Shown here: one piece after another, positions 1 to 43,370 of the stretch
How the letters are laid out: the number at the start of each line of letters is the position of its first letter
How positions within the stretch are numbered: the first letter of the stretch is position 1
NCBI GenBank assembly: GCA_951406725.2
Contig: OX597817.1
Coordinates: forward strand, 160,828,001 to 160,892,000
Reading direction: 5' to 3'
DNA length: 64,000 bases
Source of the DNA: Octopus vulgaris
Taxonomy: Eukaryota
Notes under the pieces: model-generated
Database searches by the model: none
What the model saw: only the letters and a program-made list of their open reading frames with translations
What the model was told of the DNA's origin: nothing
Made by a program: the position numbers and the translations under genes

Positions 1-300
1 AGTCAGATTTGGCAGTGTTTCTACGGCTGGATGCCCTTCCTAATGCCAACCACTCCGTGAGTGTAGTGGGTGCTTTTTACGTGCCACCTGCACAGGTGCC
101 AGACAGAGCTGGCAAACGGCCACGAACGGATGGTGTTTTTTCATGCCACTGGCACGGGGCCAGGCGAGGCTGGCAACGGACACGAACGGATGGTGCTTTT
201 ACGTGCTACCGGCACGGGGGCCAGGCGAGGCTGGCAACAGACACGAGCGGATGGTGCTTTTACGTGCTACCAGCACGGGGGCCAGGCGAGGCTGGCAAGT
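1..300 (-). repeat. SINE family C (Meta-domain-like) with about 60-bp internal tandem repeat (about 4 copies)
   Basis: ggatgcccttcctaatgccaaccact core; repeated ggcacgggggccaggcgaggctggcaac..cggatggtg unit. Confidence 0.75.
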
Positions 301-1656
301 TTTTATTAAAGGTAGGATTGCAGTTTAATGTCAGTATCTATCAGTGACTTTGCTGATTAATGATAATTTTTACAGTGGATCCATTTTCATTCCAACTAGG
401 TAACCATTCAATTTACAAAGAACCCAGTGTAAATTATCCTTTCTTGCCCAATTAATATTCACAGTTACTTCTTCATCAGATTATTTTGGACCATTAATTC
501 TAATATTAATGATAGGCTTTATAGAGTGTAGTAGTTTTGACCTGCAGGATTCGCTGAAAGTAGCCCAGTCTACTACAACTAAGGTAGTAGTTCTTATGTG
601 CAAGACATGACCTAGAAGAATATGGTGGTCCACAGTTACTAGTTTTGCTTCTACTTGCTGTTTGCTAAATGTCCTTTGATGAGAGTCCTTGATTGCTGTA
701 TAAAATAATTCTGTATTAAATCCTACTTTTATCACAGATTCAAGAGCAATTATTCATTCTGGTTACACCATTACAGCAAAGCTACTTATGTCTGAGATGG
801 ACACTTTAGATAAAGTTGTTTTCATTTTTGTCTGAGCTCATTCCATTAATGAAAAAAAAAACTTTTTATAAACTCTGCTTCTGGGCCATTTTTAATCATT
901 TGAGAATTTACATAAAGAATCAAGAGTATTGAACCTTAGCAGAAAAATCATTCTCTGATTCTCTTTGCTTTGGTTTTAGGTCCAAATTTTGACGTATCTA
1001 AGATAATTCTTTGTTCAGGCTTTATTTTCCCTTCACCACTCCAACTTTTTTTTATTGAAAAATCTCAATTTGTTCTATGATATAGTACATCTGTTTTTTT
1101 TTTTTTTTGTTTGCATTGATGCTTCTTAATGCAAAGAATTTCAGTTTAAACTAGTTGAGGCTGCTAGACTTAAGTCATCTACAACCAGTTTTGCGTTAAC
1201 ACTGTAATAGCCATACCTCTGCTTCATGAGCATTATAAAAAGTTAAGTATTTTTTTTTTTATTCCACCTTGGTGTTATTAACTGATTATTAGAGTAGTAA
1301 GTCATTTTGTGTTTCACTATCATCATTATCATTTTTCTCTCCATTTTTGCATACTTGCACAGTGTTTTGCCACATTTCTTTGTCATCTTCTGAGAGATCA
1401 GCTTTTACCATTTCTGCTTACAGTGTGGTGTTATGTGGGGAGAGCCCTACAGCATAATGTTGAGTTCTGCAAAGTGTTGAGGTTAGAGAGTTCTCCATTG
1501 TTTAGTGGAGAGTTCTACAATGAAAATGTTATGGTTCGAGATTTTTGAAGTGTGTTGCTGTGATATTGTAGTTCAAGGGTTCTAAAGAGAAAATATCACA
1601 ATAAAAAAAATATTAAATTTTACATTTTTTTCTTTTTTTCTCAGAGAGGAAACAAA

Positions 1657-32507
<30,851 letters not shown>

Positions 32508-33757
32508 CGATGCAAGTGAGCAAAAGTAATGTTCTGTAGAGCAAGTCGCTAGCATTCATCTGCTGAAAGACAAATCTAAGAAGTTCTTCATTTCATTTAC
32601 ATCTCAGACATATCGCACAATATCAAACAAATTCCTGATGTTTTCATTAAAGCTCTTCAGTTTAAAACTACAGACCTAATTTCTATTGTTCTCTTCATTA
32701 TTTGTTGATCTATTCCAGGCATGAGCGACCATTTCCAAGAAGTGGGCTGCATGAGACTTTACTCATCATCAGGTGGGCCACAATACTAAAAAAATGTTTA
32801 AGGTAATTTTTCAATAGGTATGCCATTCAGAAACTGTTGTGGACCTTTTGCTCATGACCGATCTTATTCTATCAGCTTGTTTTTTCTTTTATGTTTTTTA
32901 AGAATTATTCAAGATCTCAAACTGAGCAGATTTAATTACATGTTCCTTCTGGAGTAGATTCCCCTACTTTAAGATACACACACCATCTAGCATTTAGTTA
33001 AGGGATTAAAGAAGAGTTTAGCTAGTATAAGTTTGGGTATGTGTCGAAACATGCCCATCACTAAGGGGAGCACTTGGCAGCACTGCCCCCTCACTATTCA
33101 ATGATGCACCCTCAGGTTTAATAAATACAGTTTACAAAAACCTTCCTGCAATACAAATTAGGGCCACCAAGAATATTCTGAGGCACCCCCAGGTATCAGA
33201 GTCTGGTGACTAGCCTGCTTCGGTTTTGTCAAACTTACAATAACTGAAGATTTGAGTATATTATCTGAATTAGATTCTATACTCTTTTCTCTCTCCCTCA
33301 GATACATATGTACACACACACACACACACACTCTCTCTCTCTCTCTCTCGAACATTTGCTCCTTACATAAACTGTTTGTGTAACTCACAACATTTTGATT
33401 TAAACCATTGTAGCTTGCTTTACATTTTCATTACATATATTTCTTACTAATATGCCTCAATGCACACACACTTCAAACAATATTTTAAGTATAAATTATT
33501 CTTCCAGTCTTTATTAAACTGGAAGACAGTATCAGAGCTCTGAGATTTCTTGGTGCAAGTTTTGTGTTTCAATTCTTTATTCTTACTGCTGAACTTGAAG
33601 CTTTGTCTTCCATTTTGCATTCATTTTTTTTTATCTTTCTCTCTATGGAGTGGGTTTTATTGTTATAAAGGGGCACAATAAGCTGAGAAACTGTTTAAGA
33701 TAGCATTAAGTTTCAAATCTTGTGTTGAAGTGTTATCTGCTATGAAGATTATGTGTC

Positions 33758-33793
<36 letters not shown>

Positions 33794-34672
33794 TGTGTAT
33801 ATGTGTATACACACGTGTGTGTGTGTATGTATATATACATACACATAATTTTATGTCAAGATAAAATAGGTACCTGCTGAGTGCTGGGGTCAATGTAATC
33901 AACTAGATTCATTCCCCAAAACTTCAGGCCTTGTGTTTATGCTGGGCAAAATGCTCTGACATTTCGTCTATTTTTACACTTTGAGTTTATATTCCACTGA
34001 GGTTGACTTTGCCTTTCATCCCTTTTCGGGTCAATAAAATAAGTACCAGTTAAGCACTGGGATTAATGTAAGTGATTTATCCCCTCTCCATAATTTCTGG
34101 CCTTCTGCCAAAATTTGAAATTATTATTATTATTATTTTGCTGAGGTCGACTTTACCTTTCATCCTTTTCAGGGTTGATAAATTAAGTACCCAAAATTTT
34201 AGGCCTTGCACCTAAAAATAGAAAGGATTATTATTATTATTATTATTCAAGCTGGCAGAATCATTAGCACACCGGGCAAAATGCTTAACAGTATTTTGCC
34301 CATTGCTACATTCTGAGTTGAAATTCTGCCGAGGTTGACTTTGCCTTTCATCTTTTCGGAGTCGGTGAAATTAGTACCAGTTACAAATTGGGGTCGATGT
34401 AATCGTTTGCCCCCTCCTCCAGAATTTCAGGTCTTGTGCCTATAGTAGAAAGGATTGTTATTATTATTACTACTTAAGCTGGCAGAATCATTAGCACATT
34501 GGGCAAAATGCTTTTACCCATCGCTACGTTCCAAGTTGAAATTCCACCAAGGTTGACTTAGCCTTTCATCCTTTCAAGGTCGGTGAAATAAGTACCAGTT
34601 ACGCACTGGGGTCGATATAATCGACTTATCCCCTCCCCCAAAACTTCAGGCCTTGTGTCTACAGTAGAAAAG

Positions 34673-34716
<44 letters not shown>

Positions 34717-35779
34717 CATCAAAGTAGCAAGCTTTCTTCTGTCTTTATAATCTGGGTTCAAATTCAGCCAAGGTTGTCTTTGCTTTCATCCTTTCAGGGG
34801 TTGATAAAATAAGCATCAGTTAAGCACTGGGGCTGAGTTAATCAACTGGCCCATGCTCCCAAAATTTCAGGCTTTGTACCTATAGTAGCAAGGATTATTA
34901 TGAAGGCAATGAGCTGGCAGACTCATTAGCATGTTGGACAAAAATGTTTAGCAGCATTTCTTTCAGTTATGCTCTGAGTTCAAATCCCACCAGGGTCAAT
35001 TTTTGCCTTTTATCCTTTTTAGGGCTGATAAAATAAGTACCTGTTGACTACTGAGGTCAATATAAATGACTAACCCCCTCGCCTAAAATTGCTGGCCTTG
35101 TGCCAAAATTTGAAACCATTATTATTATTTTTTGTTTGTTTTTTTTGTGGTGATTGTTATGCAAGGTGATGGGTTGGCAGAATTATTTGAGCATCAGACA
35201 AATGCTTTTCAATGGTATTGACCAGCTTTTCTCTTCTCAAAACTTTTGGCCTTGTGCCTAAATTAGAAAATCATTATCGTTGTACAAGATGGTGGATTGG
35301 CAAAAATCATTAGACCATCAGACTACAAATTCTTTGCAGTATTTGTTTTGGCTCTTCATATTCTAAGTTCAAATCCCACCGAATCATTTCTACCTTTGGG
35401 GGATTTCAATACAATAAAGTACCAGTCATGTACTTGAGTCAATGATATCGACTAACTCCCTTGCTCCTTAAGGTTTCAGGCCTTGTGCCTGCGCTAGTGT
35501 TATTGTGCAACTGTTACTTCAATTTTTTTTCTGTCTTTATTACTTCAGTTTTCCCCCATTCCTCCTTCCCTTTTTTCCATTATTTGGTCAGTTTGTCTTA
35601 GAAATCCACCATTCATCATCAAAATTGGAAGGCTCTCCGCTTATGGAAAAGTCTGTGCTTTATGTTAAGACTCTGCTCTACTTTATCAATTTACAACTAA
35701 ATAAAAAAAAAAAAATTTAATTTTTGTATAATTTTGATTATATGAAATAAATTTTAAAATATATACAATAGTTGTTGTA

Positions 35780-35819
<40 letters not shown>

Positions 35820-36034
35820 GTGAGGGTGGTGAAGCTGGCAGAAATGTTTACATGCTGGGCAAAATGCTTAGTGGTATTTTAGCCATCTTTATGTTCTGAG
35901 TTCAAATTCTGCCTGGATCAACTTTCAGGGTCAAATATATAAGTACCAGTTGAGTACTGAGGTCGATGTAATCGACTAGCCCTTCACCACCACCACCTCT
36001 CTCAAACTTACTGGACTTCTGCCAAAATTTGAAT

Positions 36035-36074
<40 letters not shown>

Positions 36075-36100
36075 AGGCAGTGAGCTGGCAGAATTGTTAA

Positions 36101-36322
36101 CCCTTTTGTTACTGTATTTCTTTTGAGATACTCTTGTGTTTCTTTCAATTATGTTAAATATAACAAAAAAAATTAGTAAAATAACTTAGTTATCATTCAG
36201 CTAGTGTTAGAACCATAAATTATGACTAAGGTTTGGTGGAAGATTTTAATTCAAAACTTATGAAAACAAGACATTTGTACTCAGAGCCAGAGCCGGTTTC
36301 AGCCAGGTTGGTAACAAATGGG
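36101..36322. mobile_element. piggyBac-like MITE inserted in a family B SINE
   Basis: TTAA|CCCttttgttac ... gtaacaaatGGG|TTAA. Confidence 0.8.
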
Positions 36323-36732
36323 TTAATGTGCTGGACGAAATGCTTAGCAGTATTTCAACTGTTGCTCCGTTCTGAGTTCAAATTTGCCTTTCATCCTTTC
36401 AGGGTTGATTAAAGAAGTACCAGTTATGCACTGGGGTCAATGTAATCGACTAGCCTCCTCCCCCCAAATTTCAAACCTTGTGGCTATAACAGAAAGGATT
36501 ATCATTATTATTATTATTATTGTTGTTGTCTTGGTAATAGTTTGGCAGAATCATTAGTGGGTTGGGAAAAAATGCTTTGCAGACTTTCTTTTGAGCTCAA
36601 ATTGTACTGAGGTCAACTTTGCTTTTGTTTCTCTGGGGCCAATAAAATAAAATCCTAGTCAACTAGTGATGTCATTGGTATTGACTAATCCTTGTACCTA
36701 AATCTGAATCAACAAATATTTACTACTACTAC

Positions 36733-36765
<33 letters not shown>

Positions 36766-36912
36766 GGTAACAAGACTGACCATCCTCCTTCCCCTAAATT
36801 TCAGACCTTGTTCCTTTTGTAGAGAGGATAATTATTAAGGTGGTGAGCTGGCAGAATCTTTAGCATACCAGGTGAAATGCTTAGTAATATTTCGTCTGTC
36901 TTTACATTCTGA

Positions 36913-37421
36913 TACAGTTCTGTATTTGAGAGATGAGGAATTATTTACATTATTTACATTTGACAGATATTTGTCCTCAACTTGTTTGTTGTTAACACAT
37001 TTCGGCTGAAATACCCTCCTGCCTTCATCAGGTGTCTTGGGGAAATTTCGAACCTGGGTTCTCATTTCTAAGGTATTTTTCAATATGTTGTTGTTATTAA
37101 TTATTATTATTATTATTCGGGTGACAGCCTGGCATCAAACTCAGAATCTTGGGGTTAGTAGCCTGTGCTCTTAACCACTATGCCCATGGGCATATGGCAT
37201 AGTGGTTAAGAGCCTGGGCTACTAACCCCAAGATTCCAAGCGGTGACCTGAATAATAATAATAATAATAATAACATTGAAAAATACCTTAGGAATGAGAA
37301 CCCAGGTTCCAAATTTCCCCGAGACACCTGATGAAGGCGGGAGAGTATATCAGTTGAAACGTTGTGTTAACAACAATCAAGATGAGGACAAATATCCATC
37401 AAATGTAAATAATAGAAATAA
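36913..37421. mobile_element. Palindromic element: two head-to-head units of tRNA-like head + (AAT)n + hammerhead ribozyme; 12-bp TSD
   Basis: Arms are reverse complements about a centre near 37185; TSD tttacattctga at 36901-36912 and 37422-37433; interrupts a family B SINE. Confidence 0.85.
37322..37368 (+). ncRNA. Minimal type I hammerhead ribozyme motif
   Basis: AGACAC-CUGAUGA-a-stemII-GAAA-CGUU-GUGUU; stem I GACAC/GUGUU; palindromic AACGUU helix III; stem II partly decayed in this copy. Confidence 0.7.
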
Positions 37422-39714
37422 TTTACATTCTGAGTTCAAATTCCCTGGAGCTTGACTGCCTTTTATCCTTTTTGGGTCAGTAAAATAAGTACCAGTTGAG
37501 CACTGGGGTCAATGTAATCAATGTATCCCTTCCCTTGAATTACTGACCTTATGCCAAAATTCACAATCATTGATATTATTATTATTATTATTGAAGTGAC
37601 AAACTGGCAGAATTGTTAGCATGCCAGACAAAATGCTTTTGTGGTATTTCACCCATCTTTACATTCTGAGTTCAAATATCTCTGAATTCATCCCAAATTC
37701 AAATTCATCCTTTTGGGATCGATGAAATAAATACCAGTCAAACACTAGAACTGATGTAATCAACTAGCCTTCATCTCTTGTAGAAAGGATTATTATTATT
37801 AATGAAGTGGTGAACTGGCAGAATTATTAGCATGCTGAGCAAAATGCTTAGTGACATTTTATCCATCTTTATGTCCTGAGTTCAAATTCCACTGAGGTCA
37901 ATTTTGCCTTTTATCTTTTGGGGGCTCGATAAATTAAGTACCAGTCAAGTACTGGGGTCAATGTAATCGATTATCCCTCTCCCCCAAAATTCAGGCCTTG
38001 TCCCTATAATAGAAAGAACTATTATTATTATTGTCAGAATGGTGGATAGGCTGAATCATTGGGGCATTAGAAAATTGCTTTGCAGTATTCCTTCTGGCTC
38101 TTTACATTCTGAGTTCAAATCCTATCAAGGACAGTTTTGCCTCTCTTCCCACCAAGGTCAATAAAACAAAGTACCAGTTAAGTCCCTGTCTTCATGGCAT
38201 CCGCTGGCCCTTTTCTTTCAAAATTACTGACCTTGTGCCTAAATGCGAAATGATTATTATTGCCAGAATCGGTAGTGCATTGAAAAAATGTTTCGTGGTA
38301 TTTGTTCTGGTTCTTTAGGCTCCGATTTCAAATCCCACCAAGGTTAACTATGCCTCTCATCTGTTTGGGGTCAATAAAGTACTTGTCAAGTGTGTGTGGT
38401 GGTGGTGTTGGTGGTGGGCCAGTTCTTACTCTTTCCTTTCAAAACATCAGGACTTGTGTCTTAAGCAGAAATAATGTTATTATTGCCAGCTGGATTACAG
38501 AACCCTGTAAAATATTGGTTCCTTTTGATTAGGTACCAAAACAGATGGGACCATTTTAAAAAATTATGGAAGAAAAATAAATTCCACTAAGTTGATTTAC
38601 CATGAGAAGTGAGTGATTTAATGTTTTGGACAGTTGTCCTTCTTCAGAGAAAATTTAAAAAACCTTAATATCTTGTGAGGAGAGGGGCTTGGAAGAGCTA
38701 GTGTGTGTAGTGATGGAGGAGTAGTCAAAGCTTGTATCAAGAGCAAGGTCAGTTGAAACGAGGGAGATAGAGCAGACTAGGTCAAGTAAGATAGATGACT
38801 ATGAAAGAAGCGATTGGCAAAAGGCAACACTTTTGGTATGACTGAGGCTGGTAGTGGATCTCTTCTGTTCGTTGTACATTGCTACCAGTGTAACAAAAGG
38901 TTCTCCTCTACCTTTTCTGATCTTTTCACCAACACTTTATATCACTCACCCCGTATCTGATCCATATACTTCAGGACCCATTCTTCTGCCACTACCAACA
39001 CCTCTTCACCTATCTGGTCGCCTATGTACAAATGGCTACATTGGGCCAATCAATTGTGCTTAGAACAGTCTACCTTCATTCTCTTCTCCTAAACTACCTG
39101 CTATTTACTCTATTTCACTCTGTCCACCACCATACTCTTGCCCTTCCCTCTTCCTGGCTGTCTATCATTGCCTTATCTCATTCAGCCTTCTCGGTCACGT
39201 TGCCTTGAACATACACACCTATCTCAGAAAACCTATCGTTCGGTCCCGTGTCAGAAATCCTTTGCATCTCAATCATTCATGCTAGAAATAGTTGCTGAAC
39301 AAGCAGGCGTGGAGTTGTGAGGCCATATCGAGGACATGATTGCCGCTCTAGCCATAGTCTCACGAAAAAATTATTCTGAACATTTTGTAAAGTGTGAAGT
39401 TGTGAGGACTGTTTAGTCTTTTCGAGGACGTGACATCTCTCGAATACCACGAAAAAAATAAAGCATCCAAACGCACTCAGTAAAGAGGTTGATTTTAGGG
39501 CATCCAGTCGTAGAAACCAAACCGGGTGGGTTGAGGTCCCCGACATATCTAGGTGAGATTACGTACTAACACCGACCATGACGACACGTCTAACCTATGC
39601 CAGTATGGAAAGTGGATGTTTGGTCATGATGCTCACGCAAGCAAGAAGAGAGATGGAATGAGGTCAGAACACGTGAATGTGACGAGGTTGGGTATATCTG
39701 AGGGCCAGGGAAGT

Positions 39715-40095
39715 ACTACTCTTTTACTTGTTTCAGTCATTTGACTGTGGCCCTGCTGGAGCACCGCCTTTAGTCGAGCAAATCGACACTAGGACTTATT
39801 CTTTGTAAGCCTAGTACTTATTCTATCAGTCTCTTTTGCCGAACCGCTAAATTACGGGAACATAAACACACCAGCAATGTTGGTGGGGGGGGGGGGGCGA
39901 ACACACACACAAACACATATATATACATATACACGACGGGCTTTTTTCAGTTTCCCTCTACCAAATCAACTCACAAGGCTTTGGTCGGCCCGAGGCTATA
40001 CAAGAAGACACTAGCCCAAGGTGCCACGCAGTGGGACTGAACTCGGAAACATGTGGCTGGTAAGCAAGCTACTTACCACACAGCCACTCCTGCGT
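39715..40095 (-). mobile_element. SINE family A
   Basis: Reverse complement of the family A consensus. Confidence 0.85.
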
Positions 40096-41018
40096 GTAGT
40101 TAAAAGATCGAGATTTTTTTTTTCTTTTTCAATCCTTTTAGAAGGGTGGAAATATAAGCTGGAGAAAATTATGAGGGTTATGGCGTCGGATAATGGAAAG
40201 CGGAGGTTTTTAAAGATGGTATGCTGAAGCAGCCCAGTGGCAGATGGAATTAATTCGAACTACGAAAGGATGGATGCAGTACAAAAAATGAAAGTGTGTC
40301 TAATGAAATTTGTTCAGTGGAAGGAAATGCCGATATGTTTTGCGTAACTGTGTCTGAGAGAAAAAAATGAAACATTTGCTTGTACTTTAAAAGGAAGTCA
40401 AGGTCATTATTGGAGAGATGGTGCCATCAGAGTAAATGTGCAAAGAAGAAAAATCGCAAGACTGAGAGCCTGAGCTTTTGTAGCATAGCTATTTAGAGTA
40501 CGTGAAGATGTCACTGTAGACAGAGATATCTAGAATATTTATGGATGTGTTAGAAAAGGTGGACATAAATTCCAGATTAAAGTGAAAATTATTGATGAAA
40601 ATACGAAAAGTAAAAGTTGTTCTAAAGTTAGTGATGTGGTACCAACGCAGTCGTCTGCGTAACGGCTGTATAATAGCGGGATCAGTCAAGTAATACGAGT
40701 GAAAGAGTGGAATTTAGTGAGGTTAAAAACAAATTAGCATAATTGAGGCATATCTTAGTACTTATTGATACCCCATTCAGCTGTTATAAATCAGCGGAGA
40801 AGGAGAAGTATTTTGAAGTAGAGATAAGTTCAGTAAGGTGGGAAAGTTCAGAAGTGATAAATTTTAATGTTGTACAGCGGTCATAAAAAGTATTTAAGCC
40901 TGAAAGGCCATTGCCATAGTAACTGTCAGGGAAACAGTCCGAAATCACATAATTATGTATCCTGTTTTGAAGGAAAACTGAATGTCTCGAAAGAACTCCT
41001 TACTTTAAATGCACATCT

Positions 41019-41249
41019 TATTTCTTTATTGCACACAAGGGGCTAAATATAGAGGGGACAAACAAGGACAGACAAACGGATTAAGTCGATTATATCGATC
41101 CCAGTGCATAACTGGTACTTATTTAATCGAGCCCGAAAGGATGAAAGGCAAAGTCGACCTCGGCGGAATTTGAACTCAGAACGTAGCGGCAGATGAAATA
41201 CTGCTAAGCATTTCGCCCGGCTTGCTAACGCTTCTGCCAGCTCGCTGCC
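41019..41249 (-). mobile_element. SINE family B with about 15-bp TSD
   Basis: TSD tttaaat(g/a)cacatct on both flanks. Confidence 0.88.
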
Positions 41250-41968
41250 TTTAAATACACATCTGGGACACGTCTGTAGTACGTGTGAATGGAAAGAGAC
41301 GAAGACCCCCTAAGATCGAACGCCTTCGAAACTATTGGCCTTGGGACAAAATGTGAAGCGAGGAAAATCAAGACATTTACACGTTTAAGTGTTGATCAGA
41401 ACATCGAAAATCTGTTGATTCAGATGATGAATGTGCAATGGGCGAGCACAATGTTGCAGAGAGAGAGAGGGGGGAAGGAAAGTAGACAGCAGGAATGTCT
41501 GGTGTCACGACTCAGACTGAGTGATCGGGTGTACACGGAGAGAACGGTTGAACGGATGTAATCGTCTTGCCCCCGCCTTCGAAACTATTGGCCTTGGGAC
41601 AAAATGTGAAGCGTCTGTCTGTGATGTACCATCTTAGTTTGGGCAATAAAATACATCACAACCGAGCCTTTTCTTCCAAGGTCAACCAGTAATCACTGGT
41701 GACAGGATACACACATAGCAACTCACTTGACCGATTGTCCAGTACTCTGTTGACACAGCTATCCACGGCTCTTGTCAGTAATAGCAGGTAATTAGGTACG
41801 TTGGTCATTTAATGGCAGAATTTTCAAAGAAACAGAGTGAGAGTTGAGAAAGATTGCAGCTACTATTATCTGCTCAGTAGAACAATCCGGACATTGGGTT
41901 ACTGTCGTATTCATTGTTTTCAATAATAAAGGAAACAGGCAGATCATATACATGTTTTATCTTTTATT

Positions 41969-42260
41969 TATTGGGTTGTCCGGAAAGTTCGTGTCGATTT
42001 TTAAAGGAAAGGAAAAGGTCAATAAATACTTGCCATTACATTTTTAATCAACCAAATATGAACCATTTGGTTACACAATGCGTCTCCATCTTTCCTTTTA
42101 CTTGAAAATACCCTCTTCCCAGAATTGAGGTGGTTTCATGGCAAAGAATTTTATGTCATCCAAGGAATTGAAATTTTTGAAATTGAAATATGGAGGGTGG
42201 GGCAACACATCCCAGCCGAGTTGCAACAATTTTTGTCTGGTTCCCAAAGCATCAAGTCGG
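41969..42260 (-). mobile_element. Mariner deletion fragment (same family as 51453-52018)
   Basis: TIR ttgggttgtccggaaagttcgtg and reverse-complement transposase 3' end. Confidence 0.75.
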
Positions 42261-42541
42261 ACGAAGTTGCTCATCTTACACGATGAATTTTCAAATATTT
42301 TCCGTCAACCAAATTGACTCACAAGGTATTGATTGGCCCAGAGTTATAGTAGACGATACTTTTCCAAGATGCTACGCTGTGGAACTGAACTCCAAAGCAC
42401 GTGGTTGTGACGCGTGCTTCTTAACCACATAACAGTAATATGTAAATAATATAAAGAAATATTTTTTTAAATATTGTGACTATATCAAGGAATTTTTCGT
42501 GTGTGAGTATGTAGATAGATAGATAGATAGATAGATAGATA

Positions 42542-43056
42542 CCGTAAATTCTCGAGTATAGTCCGCTCTTGAGTATAATACGCAGGGGATTTTTAGGGGG
42601 CTGTACCTCTGAAAAACTTAAACCTTGTGTATAATACGCACCCCTTCTCTAACTTGAGTCAAGGAGGTCTGTATAACGTCCTTGGTTTGTAAAAATGTAT
42701 ACGGTAACGTCCTTTATTATTATTATATATATATAACATAATGCAAACGTGTAGCTTTTTTGTGCATTTTGTTTGCATAAAATAAAGAAATAACAGTAAT
42801 AACGTTTAATAAATATTGCTTACTGCAAGTTATGGATGATTCTTTTATAACTTCATTGCTTTCAGGCTTAGCTTAAGGTATTTTCGCGCCCGACATCACA
42901 AAATGCGTCTGAATAGAAATTGCCGGACAGCAAATAGAGACTCGGACATTGCTTAGAAAATAATTTTTCCTTTTTAACCTCGTATATAGTACGCACTAGG
43001 GATTTTGACCTTTAAATTTTGGGGAAAAAATGCGGATTATACTCGAGGATTTACGA
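42542..43056. mobile_element. Tc2/pogo-like MITE inserted in (GATA)n
   Basis: TA|ccgtaaattctcgagtatagtccgc / gcggattatactcgaggatttacga|TA. Confidence 0.8.
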
Positions 43057-43199
43057 TAGATAGATAGACAGAAAGGCAGACAGACGGATGGACAGACAGA
43101 CAGAAAGGCAGACAGACGGATGGACAGACAAACAGATAGACGGACGGATGGGTGGCTGGATTGACTGACAGACAGAAAAACAGATAGAAATAGTTCAGG

Positions 43200-43205
43200 T
43201 TTAAT
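43200..43205 (-). terminator. Candidate polyadenylation signal ATTAAA of the metallopeptidase gene
   Basis: Variant hexamer just 3' of the stop codon, before a microsatellite tract. Confidence 0.35.
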
Positions 43206-43222
43206 TGCCGTAAAATTTACAG

Positions 43223-43370
43223 TTAATCAACACATATTTTCAGTCCCATAGCCATGTTTGGTCTTCCGTTTGTGTAAGCGTAAACCAAGGTTTCGTAGAG
43301 TGCTGGATCATGTCTCTTGAGGTATTCCCGTGAACTTCTCTCATTAGGACACACTCTGTTGGTACCACAC
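43223..43370 (-). CDS. Metallopeptidase last exon (CGTNRVCP...[12 protein letters not shown]...ICVD*)
   Basis: atcag acceptor, TAA stop, ATTAAA about 18 nt downstream. Confidence 0.88.

Larger units (their letters stand above)
33870..38480 (+). repeat. Head-to-tail array of about 16 diverged family-B SINE units separated by (TTA)n
   Basis: Recurring ctggcagaatc..gagttcaaat..gcctttcatcc..aagtaccag..ggccttgtgcc..(tta)n every 150-300 bp, all in the same orientation. Confidence 0.88.

Noticed and set aside
33870-38480. CRISPR-like repeat/spacer periodicity
   Set aside because: Units are about 200-bp diverged SINEs with microsatellite tails, no cas genes, eukaryotic context.
38700-40960. Possible coding exons in the intergenic region (also 43.9-44.6 kb and 56.7-57.2 kb)
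   Set aside because: Look like heavily decayed retroelement fragments; no open frame with splice support; too degenerate to classify.
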